From contig JAANXG010000076.1 in the NCBI GenBank assembly GCA_018263405.1, forward strand, positions 1 to 40,312: a stretch of 40,312 nucleotides of DNA, read 5' to 3'. Position 1 is the stretch's first letter. Every line of letters begins with the position of its first letter. A program made the position numbers and the translations under genes. This DNA comes from Gammaproteobacteria bacterium (lineage in GTDB: Bacteria > Pseudomonadota > Gammaproteobacteria > Arenicellales > JAANXG01). The notes under the pieces were generated by a model. That model had not been told where the DNA came from, ran no database searches, and saw only the letters and a program-made list of their open reading frames with translations. This document shows, in pieces, positions 8,546 to 16,323 of this stretch.

Positions 8546-10417
8546 GTGGAGACCGTAGCCGGAATCTATCCGGAAGACGCGTTGGCCGGACGCGGCGATC
8601 TGGACGTGATCGATCCGGATGTCGCCCCGACTCTGGACGCGCAGTTCGCCGAGCGGGTGCGCCGAAGCGGCCGGGAATCCGCGTATATCGAATACGATGA
8701 ATCGACGGAGCAATGGGTTCACTACACCTGGGATGAGACGGCGCGTGAAGTGCGCCGCTGGCAAGCGGCGTTCGAGCGGGAAGGTCTGCAAAAGGGTGAC
8801 CGGGTCGCGCTGCGCTTGCGCAACTGCCGGCACTGGGTGATTTTCGACCAAGCGGCCCTCGGTCTGGGCTTGGTCGTCGTGCCCCTTTACGCCGCCGACC
8901 GCCCGGATAACGTCAATTACGTACTCGATCATTCCGACGCCGTGTTGGTTCTGGTGTCGAACAACGAAGCCTGGACCGAACTGCATCGCGCCCAAGGCGA
9001 AACGCCCAGGATCAAGCGCATCGTGGTGCTGGAGGGACAATCCGAAGGCGAGTATGTCAGGCACGTGGATGACTGGCTGGGGAACAGCGATCGCGACGCA
9101 CTGGCAAGCGGTATCGCCGCGCGGGACGATTTAGCCAGCATTGTCTACACCTCGGGTACGACGGGACGCCCCAAGGGCGTCAAACTGTCGCACCGCAACA
9201 TGGTCTGTAACGCCTACAGCGGATTGCGCAGCGTGGCGGTTGACCATGAGGCTTTGTTCCTTTCATTTCTGCCTTTATCGCACACGCTCGAACGTACGGT
9301 GGGTTACTACGTTCCGGTGATGGCCGGCGCGAAGGTTGCGTACAACCGGTCGCTCAAACAATTGTCGGCCGATCTGCTTGCGGTGCGCCCCACCGGAATC
9401 GTTACCGTGCCGAAAATATTCGAGCACAGCTACCGTACGATCAAGGATCGATTGTCCGAAGCGCCGGTGCTCAAGCGGTGGTTGTTCAACGCCGCGGTCC
9501 GTATCGGCTGGAATCGCTTTGAGTATCGGCAGGGCAGAGGGCCATGGGACCTGTCGTTTCTGGCATGGCCGCTTTTCGATAAGCTCGTAGCGAAGAAGAT
9601 ACGGGACAAGCTGGGTGGCCGGTTGAGCATGGCCGTGGTGGGCGGTGCGCCGTGTACATTGGCTGTTTCGAGAGTGTTTATTGCCATGGAAATCATGATA
9701 CTCCAGGGCTACGGTTTGACCGAAAGCAGTCCGAGTATCGCCATCAATACGCTGGGTCGGAATCGTCCCGATACCGTCGGATTACCGCTGCATGGTGTGG
9801 AAGTCAGAGTTGGAAACAACGATGAACTGCTGGCACGGGGTCCCAACATCATGATGGGTTACTGGAAGGACGATGAAGCGACGCGGAAAGTGTTGACCGA
9901 TGAGGGCTGGCTGCACAGCGGCGACCAGGTAGAGATCGAAGACGGTTTCATTCGTATAACCGGACGTCTGAAAGACATTCTCGTTCTGGCCAATGGGGAA
10001 AAAGTGGCGCCCGCGGACATGGAAGCCGTGATTGTTGGCGATCCTTTGTTCGGCCAGGCCATGGTAGTGGGCGAGCGAATGCCTTATCTGGCTGCCTTGG
10101 TGGTGCTGGATGAAAAAGCGTGGCGGAACGCCGCAAACGAGATCGGCGTTGATCCCGGCGACGAATCGGCGTTGAAAGACAAAAAAGTCGAGGAATTCCT
10201 GCTCGAGAAAATATCCGGGTTAATCCATAAGTTTCCGGGTTACGCCCGGATTGAAAGTGTCACCGCGACGCTGACACCTTGGACCGTCGAAGACGGGCTG
10301 TTGACCCCGACTTTAAAAGTCAAGCGCCCCAAGGTGTGGGAGGTTTTCGAAGACCGGATTGAGAAAATGTACGAGGGGTATGATTTGTATCGGGTCGGGC
10401 AGCGCCAAAGCGCTTGA
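8546..10417 (+). CDS. Long-chain fatty acid--CoA ligase (AMP-forming, FAA1/COG1022 type)
   Basis: AMP-binding signature 'YTSGTTGRPKGV', plus 'GYGLTE' and the C-terminal 'TPTLKVKR'. The GTG start lies 4 nt after the fadE stop, consistent with an operon. Confidence 0.9.
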   Translation: METVAGIYPEDALAGRGDLDVIDPDVAPTLDAQFAERVRRSGRESAYIEYDESTEQWVHYTWDETAREVRRWQAAFEREGLQKGDRVALRLRNCRHWVIFDQAALGLGLVVVPLYAADRPDNVNYVLDHSDAVLVLVSNNEAWTELHRAQGETPRIKRIVVLEGQSEGEYVRHVDDWLGNSDRDALASGIAARDDLASIVYTSGTTGRPKGVKLSHRNMVCNAYSGLRSVAVDHEALFLSFLPLSHTLERTVGYYVPVMAGAKVAYNRSLKQLSADLLAVRPTGIVTVPKIFEHSYRTIKDRLSEAPVLKRWLFNAAVRIGWNRFEYRQGRGPWDLSFLAWPLFDKLVAKKIRDKLGGRLSMAVVGGAPCTLAVSRVFIAMEIMILQGYGLTESSPSIAINTLGRNRPDTVGLPLHGVEVRVGNNDELLARGPNIMMGYWKDDEATRKVLTDEGWLHSGDQVEIEDGFIRITGRLKDILVLANGEKVAPADMEAVIVGDPLFGQAMVVGERMPYLAALVVLDEKAWRNAANEIGVDPGDESALKDKKVEEFLLEKISGLIHKFPGYARIESVTATLTPWTVEDGLLTPTLKVKRPKVWEVFEDRIEKMYEGYDLYRVGQRQSA

Positions 10418-10468
10418 ACACGATACAGGAACCCGTCGCCGTCCCATTGAAACCGTGGAGCATATTTT

Positions 10469-11257
10469 ATGACCAGTGTCCTGACAAAAATAGATAAAGG
10501 TGTTGCGGTGGTCACGCTGAACAGGCCGGACGTTTTGAATGCCCTCAGTCCCGATATGGCCCGGACCCTGCATCATGTGCTGGTCGGGATATCGGAAGAT
10601 GAAAACGTTAGGTGTGTCGTACTCAAAGGCGCTGGTAACGGCTTTATGGCGGGCGGAGATGTAGGCTTTTTCAAGAGTGTGTTGCCGGATTTGGATGCCG
10701 GGAAGGTCGATGAGCTGGATCCGGTCTTCAAACACGTTCACGGCATTGTCGCAACGCTAAGGACCATGACGGTCCCCGTGATCGGTGTGCTGCACGGCGC
10801 CGTGGCCGGCTTCGGAGTCAGCCTCGCCGTGGCCTGCGATTTGGTCGTCGCCGCCGAAGAAACGCAGTTTACGCTTGCCTACTGCCATATCGGCACCAGC
10901 CCGGACGGCGCCAGTACGTATTTTCTCCCGCGTATCGTCGGCTTTAAAAAAGCCATGGAGCTTGCGTTGCTGGGCAACCGGTTCGATGCCCGGGAAGCCC
11001 TCGCGTTGGGTATATTGAATAAAGTGGTTCCGGCGACCGATCTCGAAGCGAGCGTGAACGAGTGGGTGCGGCGATTGCTGTCGGGGCCGAAGTTTGCCTA
11101 CGGTAAAACCAAAGCGCTGCTGTACAGCTCGCTCGATAATTCGTTCGATCGGCAGATCGAGCTCGAAGAGGAGTCGTTCAAACATTGCGCCCGGACGAGA
11201 GACTTCGCTGAAGGCGTGACAGCCTTCGTGGAAAAACGCAAAGCTGAATTTGGTTAA
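10469..11257 (+). CDS. Enoyl-CoA hydratase/isomerase (crotonase) family protein
   Basis: 262 aa. Crotonase-fold features 'VVTLNRPDVLNAL', oxyanion-hole region 'GAGNGFMAGGDV' and 'EGVTAFVEKRKAEF'. A ggag RBS precedes the ATG. Confidence 0.9.
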   Translation: MTSVLTKIDKGVAVVTLNRPDVLNALSPDMARTLHHVLVGISEDENVRCVVLKGAGNGFMAGGDVGFFKSVLPDLDAGKVDELDPVFKHVHGIVATLRTMTVPVIGVLHGAVAGFGVSLAVACDLVVAAEETQFTLAYCHIGTSPDGASTYFLPRIVGFKKAMELALLGNRFDAREALALGILNKVVPATDLEASVNEWVRRLLSGPKFAYGKTKALLYSSLDNSFDRQIELEEESFKHCARTRDFAEGVTAFVEKRKAEFG

Positions 11258-11415
11258 ACCTCCCGTGCCGGCCGGGCTGGGCCATTCACTGCGGATCGCG
11301 CCTTCCACTGGCGGCTCAGGCACGCTCTGAATGTTGCAATATCAGTGACGGGGTACACTAGCCCGGTTGTGTCAACTTGACAAATTGTTGCAATAAGCAC
11401 AGTGTTCACGCTAGC

Positions 11416-11586
11416 GTAAGTTCTCAATAACCCCGTGCAAGAATGTGGGGGTAGGGTTGTCTTTCAGGGCTGTCGAAAGCACGGAGGCTTTCGCCAGAGC
11501 GTACAGGGAGGTATCTACAGCGTCCCTGAAAGACAACCCTACCCCCACATGATCGCCGACATTGCACGGACTTTTTGAGAAATTAC
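11416..11586 (+). mobile_element. 171-bp MITE, copy B (8-bp TSD ACGCTAGC)
   Basis: By eye, identical base for base to copy A. Flanked by ACGCTAGC at 11408-11415 and 11587-11594. Confidence 0.85.
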
Positions 11587-11860
11587 ACGCTAGCTTTGTT
11601 AGACTCGGGGTTTCCTAAGAAATAAGAAACGTAAGTTACATAAGTTACAATTAAGCGGAAACAGCGTCCCTGGAATGACTGCCCAAACATTGATATTGAA
11701 TCCGGGAAGGGCTCGGGTATTTTGCGTTGCAATATGCCTGTACCGCAAATACTCAACGCTCATCCGGAGTAATCCGACTCATCTTGCACTGCGGCGGTCT
11801 GCTTGTGTGTTGAAGCAGGCCGGCGGCGTCTACCACCAAACCGCATAAACGGGGGGGCCG

Positions 11861-13756
11861 ATGAATAAGCCGTTGCATCCCGATCCCAATTCAAACCAAA
11901 AACCTCGACGGCTGAACTATCTGGTCGGTGCTTCGCTGGTTGTGACCTCGTTTGCCTTCCAGGTGCCGGTTTCGGCGGTCCAGTTCGAATCGGGTGAATT
12001 TTTTGGCAGTATCGACAACACGATCTCTTATGGAACTACCTGGCGTGTACAAAGCCGTGACCGGGATCTCCTCGGGCTGACCTCCACGACTCTGCCCAAC
12101 GGTACTGTTCCACCCGGCGGACCCGGGGGCCGGGCTTTCTCGGTCAACGGGGATGATGGCAACCTGAACTACGATAAAGGCCTGGTGAGCAACGTCGTGA
12201 AAATCACCAGCGAGCTTTCTCTCGAGCATAATTCAGGATACGGCGCATTTGTTCGGGGCAGTGCTTTTTACGATTTCGAGAACGAAGACGGCGACCGGGA
12301 AAAGATCGACCTATCGGACGAGGCGTTGGAACTGGTCGGCAGCGATATCGAGTTGCTGGATGCCTACGTGTTTAGCGGCTTCGAGGTAGGCGACGTGCCG
12401 GTGGACCTTAGGCTCGGCAACCAAGTGGTTAGTTGGGGGGAAAGCACGTTCATTCAAAACGGCATTAATGTGCTCAATCCGATCGATGTGTCTGCCATTC
12501 GCGTACCCGGGGCGGAGCTGCGCGAGGCATTGCTGCCGGTAAACATGCTCTGGGGCAGCGCCGGGGTGACCTTAAACAGTTCGGTGGAGGGGTTTTACCA
12601 GTTTGAGTGGGATGAAACCGAGCCCGATCCGTCCGGTTCCTATTTCAGCACCAACGATTTCGCCACCGACGGCGGCAACAAACTGATGCTCGGTTTCGGT
12701 TCGGTGCCGGATATCATACCGTTCGGCCCGGCGGCCGCTGCCTCGATCGGTGCCTCGCCGACGGGGGTCGCGGTACCTCGCGGCGCCGATCGCGAGGCGG
12801 ACGACAGCGGTCAATTCGGCCTCGCATATCGCGTCTATGTGCCTGAATTCGGCGACACGGAACTGGGGTTCTATTACATGAATTACCACAGCCGCCTACC
12901 GATCATCAGTGCTAAGACCGGTACCCTGGCGGGTTTGGCAGGCGGTGACTATGTCGGCTCGGCGCGGTATTTCACGGAGTTCCCCGAAGATATTCAACTT
13001 CTTGGCCTCAGCTTTAATACACAGGTCGGTACCACCGGCTGGGCTCTGCAGGGTGAATTGTCTTATAAAAAGGACGTCCCGCTACAGGTCGACGACACTG
13101 AGTTGTTGTTCGCGGCGCTCTCGCCACTGGCGATTCCCGAAGCCGCGGCCGGCACTCCGGGGGTAGGGACATTATTGGCAAGTACGAATCAGGTCGCACC
13201 GGGTGGCGTGGGTTTTGCTACGGAAATACCCGGCTTCGCAGAGCGCGACGTGGTCCAGGTCCAGGTCACCGGTACTCGTGTCTATGCCAATGTATTTGGC
13301 GCGGATCAGCTGGCGGTGGTCGGTGAGATCGGAATCACCCATGTGAACGCCATGCCCGACCAGAACGAACTGCGCCTCGAGGCGCCCGGCACTTTTACGT
13401 CGGGTAACCCGGTGCATACCCTGGCGGGGGTGCAACCAGCCACCGAAGACGCCGATAATTTTGCTGATGCGAGCAGCGCCGGTTATCAGATACGTGGCCG
13501 GCTCACCTACAACAATGCGATCGGACCGATCGCGCTGATTCCGACTTTTGCTTTCCGGCACGATTTCTCGGGCAATTCGCCGGGGCCGGGAGGAAACTTT
13601 CTGGAGGGGCGCAAAGCGGTTACTCTGGGCGTCGCGGCGAACCTGCGTAACGAGTGGACGGCTGAAGTCGGTTATACCAACTTCTTCGGCGCCGGACGCC
13701 ATAACCTGATTAACGATCGCGACTTTATCTCTTTCAACATCAAGTATTCCCGATAG
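11861..13756 (+). CDS. DUF1302-family outer-membrane protein
   Basis: 631 aa. N-terminal signal-like segment, with Gly/Asn/Asp/aromatic-rich alternating composition and a C-terminal '...FISFNIKYSR', typical of outer-membrane beta-barrels. The sequence pattern and its pairing with the next gene match the DUF1302/DUF1329 gene pair known from Pseudomonas and marine gammaproteobacteria. Confidence 0.75.
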   Translation: MNKPLHPDPNSNQKPRRLNYLVGASLVVTSFAFQVPVSAVQFESGEFFGSIDNTISYGTTWRVQSRDRDLLGLTSTTLPNGTVPPGGPGGRAFSVNGDDGNLNYDKGLVSNVVKITSELSLEHNSGYGAFVRGSAFYDFENEDGDREKIDLSDEALELVGSDIELLDAYVFSGFEVGDVPVDLRLGNQVVSWGESTFIQNGINVLNPIDVSAIRVPGAELREALLPVNMLWGSAGVTLNSSVEGFYQFEWDETEPDPSGSYFSTNDFATDGGNKLMLGFGSVPDIIPFGPAAAASIGASPTGVAVPRGADREADDSGQFGLAYRVYVPEFGDTELGFYYMNYHSRLPIISAKTGTLAGLAGGDYVGSARYFTEFPEDIQLLGLSFNTQVGTTGWALQGELSYKKDVPLQVDDTELLFAALSPLAIPEAAAGTPGVGTLLASTNQVAPGGVGFATEIPGFAERDVVQVQVTGTRVYANVFGADQLAVVGEIGITHVNAMPDQNELRLEAPGTFTSGNPVHTLAGVQPATEDADNFADASSAGYQIRGRLTYNNAIGPIALIPTFAFRHDFSGNSPGPGGNFLEGRKAVTLGVAANLRNEWTAEVGYTNFFGAGRHNLINDRDFISFNIKYSR

Positions 13757-13775
13757 CCGGATGGGGAGTATCGAT

Positions 13776-15143
13776 ATGAATAAGTTAATACGAACCGCAC
13801 TGGGTGGTCTGCTGGGCCTGTTCCTCGCTTCAAATTCGGTATCCGCGGAGATGTCCGCGTCCGAAGCGGCACGGCTTGGCAAAGACTTGACCCCGTTGGG
13901 TGCGGAGAAAACCGGGAATGAAGAAGGCACGATACCGGCATGGGAAGGAGGGATTACCGATGCGCCCGCCGGGTTCGAATCGGGTGGTCATCATCCAGAC
14001 CCGTTCGAGGGCGATGAAATCCGATTCACGATTACCCGGGAGAATATGTCGGAGCATGCCGACAAGCTGACCGCAGGCCACAAGGCCATGTTGGAGATGT
14101 ATGGAGATACGTTCACGATGAACGTTTATCCGACCCGGCGATCGGCTGCCTACCCCCGGCGTATCTATGACGCCACCAGGGAGATCGCTGCCACGGCGGA
14201 GCTCACGGAGGAGGGCAACGGCGTAACCGGCGCCACCGTCGGCATCCCGTTCCCCATACCCGGCAACGGCGTTGAAGCGATCTGGAATCATATTCTGCGT
14301 TTTCGTGGTACCTCGGCGACGCGCATCATCGGTCAGGCCCCGGTCACGAGAACCGGTACGTATACGATGGTAACGCTCGAAGATGATTACTATGCGCCTT
14401 ACCATTTGCCCGGCGCCACTGAGGAGGAACTGAACAATATCATCATCAAGTTTCGCCAGCACATTACCGAACCCGCGCGCTTGGTGGGCCAGATTCTGCT
14501 CGTGCATGAAACTCTGAACCAGGTCGAGGAACATCGAAAGGCCTGGATTTATAATCCCGGTCAGCGACGCGTCCGCCGCGCACCCAACGTAGCGTTCGAT
14601 AATCCCGGAACCGCGGCGGATGGGCTGCGAACCAGTGACCAGTTGGATATGTTCAACGGCAGTCCGGAGCGTTACGACTGGGAGCTGGTGGGCAAAAAGG
14701 AAATGTATGTGCCGTACAATGCTTACAAGCTTCACAGCGATGAAGTTTCTTATGAACAACTGCTCCAACCGCTGCACCTGAATCCGGAGTTCCTGCGCTA
14801 TGAACTCCACCGCGTATGGGTGGTTGACGCAACCGTCAAGGAGGGTACGCGACACATTTACAAACGGCGCACTTTTTACATCGATGAAGATACCTGGCAA
14901 ATCGTTGCTGTAGACCAGTACGATAACCGGGACGAGCTTTGGCGCGTTTCCGAGGGACACGGCATTACCTACTACGATGTGCCGACGTACTGGACTACCC
15001 TCGAGGTCCACTATGACCTCCAGGGAGGACGTTACCTGGCCGTGGGACTGAATAACGAAGCGCCCTACACTTACGATTTTGACGTCGACCTTTCCCCGAG
15101 AGACTTCACGACGGGGGCTCTGCGTCGGGCCGGTCGAAGATAA
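13776..15143 (+). CDS. DUF1329-family (LolA-like fold) periplasmic protein
   Basis: Signal peptide 'MNKLIRTALGGLLGLFLASNSVSA'. ATG 13776 lies 7 nt after ggggag. Conserved DUF1329-like stretches include 'GTIPAWEGG' and 'YNPGQRRVRRAPNVAFDNP'. Located immediately after the DUF1302 gene. Confidence 0.75.
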   Translation: MNKLIRTALGGLLGLFLASNSVSAEMSASEAARLGKDLTPLGAEKTGNEEGTIPAWEGGITDAPAGFESGGHHPDPFEGDEIRFTITRENMSEHADKLTAGHKAMLEMYGDTFTMNVYPTRRSAAYPRRIYDATREIAATAELTEEGNGVTGATVGIPFPIPGNGVEAIWNHILRFRGTSATRIIGQAPVTRTGTYTMVTLEDDYYAPYHLPGATEEELNNIIIKFRQHITEPARLVGQILLVHETLNQVEEHRKAWIYNPGQRRVRRAPNVAFDNPGTAADGLRTSDQLDMFNGSPERYDWELVGKKEMYVPYNAYKLHSDEVSYEQLLQPLHLNPEFLRYELHRVWVVDATVKEGTRHIYKRRTFYIDEDTWQIVAVDQYDNRDELWRVSEGHGITYYDVPTYWTTLEVHYDLQGGRYLAVGLNNEAPYTYDFDVDLSPRDFTTGALRRAGRR

Positions 15144-15150
15144 AGTTCCG

Positions 15151-15249
15151 GAGACTTCTCGAAAAGTTCGTGCAATGTTAGCGATGATGCGGGGGTAGGG
15201 TTGTCTTTCGAGAAAGACAACCCTACCCCCGCACTCTTGCACGGGGTTA
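15151..15249 (-). mobile_element. Internally deleted, end-eroded derivative of the MITE (near-perfect 22-bp-stem palindrome)
   Basis: Carries the MITE arm sequence ...TTCTCGAAAAGTTCGTGCAATGTTAGCGATGATGCGGGGGTAGGGTTGTCTTTC and its complement joined almost directly (palindrome 15188-15233). The central 54-nt loop and one 12-bp terminus are missing. It lies in the 147-bp spacer between the DUF1329 and propeller genes. Confidence 0.75.
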
Positions 15250-15290
15250 CCGGGTTGCAGGCTCCGGGCGATCCGGTCCCGGTATGTACC

Positions 15291-16322
15291 ATGCATACCC
15301 AGGCTGCTTGGCGTTGGCGCCTCCGAACGGGCGGGTCGAGGGCTGCGTTCAAAGCGTTTGCTCTGGCGCTGCTCTTGGTTTTGGACACCGCCGCCTGGGC
15401 GGTTTCGCCGGAACAGGCCTGGATCAAGCCCAAAGCCGAGCAATCCATCCTGCTCGATATCGCGTACAACGACGGCCGCTGGGTGGTGGTCGGCGAGCGC
15501 GGCCATGTGTTGGTGTCGGACGATGCCGAAAACTGGAAACAGGTGAACGTGCCCACCCGGGTGCTGCTTACCGCCATCGACGTCAATAGCAAGGGGCTGG
15601 CGTTCGCCGTGGGCCACGAGGCCACCATCATCAGGACTCGTGACAACGGCGAGACTTGGAACCGAGTGTATCACGCCCCGCAGGAGGCTCCGTTCCTGGA
15701 CGTGACGATTGCGGACGAGCAACGAGTTATCGCCGTGGGGGCTTATGGATTGTACTTGGAATCCAATGACGCGGGCGAGACCTGGGAACGCCGCGTTCTG
15801 GAGCCGCGGGCACTGGATGGGCCCGCCGGTGCAGCGGCGAGCGGTGAAGAGGAATTCTTTCATGACTTCCACCTGAACAACATCGAGATCGCCGAGAGCG
15901 GTCGGTGGTATATCGCCGCGGAGGCGGGCACCGTGTATCGCTCCGACGACCGGGGCCGAACCTGGCTGCGATTGCCCTCCCCGTATGCAGGCTCCTTTTT
16001 CGGCGTGCTGCCGATGGACCGGGATAACGTGCTGCTGTTCGGTCTCCAGGGGCGCTTGTTCCATTCCCGCGATGCGGGCGCCGGCTGGCGGCGGATCGAC
16101 ACCGGTATCGACGCTACCTTGTCCAACGGGCTGCGCCTGGAGGGGGGCAAGGCGCTGATTATCGGCTACGCCGGCGTGGTGCTCAGCACGGTCGGTACCG
16201 AAGGCAGCCCGACCCGAGCGAGGCTGAAGAACCGACCGGCTCTGTCGGCCGGGTACCGGCTCGACGATGGAGATTTGTTGTCCGTGGGGGGAAACGGCAT
16301 CCGCCGGTGGTCCGCTGAATAA
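15291..16322 (+). CDS. Ycf48/BNR-like beta-propeller protein (secreted)
   Basis: Repeated 'S.D.G.TW' Asp-box-like motifs: 'SDDAENWKQV', 'TRDNGETWNRV', 'SNDAGETWERR', 'SDDRGRTWLRL', 'SRDAGAGWRRI'. Signal-like N-terminus. ATG 15291 lies just downstream of the MITE-derived sequence (15151-15249), whereas the ORF-track start at 15201 falls inside it. Confidence 0.72.
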   Translation: MHTQAAWRWRLRTGGSRAAFKAFALALLLVLDTAAWAVSPEQAWIKPKAEQSILLDIAYNDGRWVVVGERGHVLVSDDAENWKQVNVPTRVLLTAIDVNSKGLAFAVGHEATIIRTRDNGETWNRVYHAPQEAPFLDVTIADEQRVIAVGAYGLYLESNDAGETWERRVLEPRALDGPAGAAASGEEEFFHDFHLNNIEIAESGRWYIAAEAGTVYRSDDRGRTWLRLPSPYAGSFFGVLPMDRDNVLLFGLQGRLFHSRDAGAGWRRIDTGIDATLSNGLRLEGGKALIIGYAGVVLSTVGTEGSPTRARLKNRPALSAGYRLDDGDLLSVGGNGIRRWSAE

Positions 16323-16323
16323 G

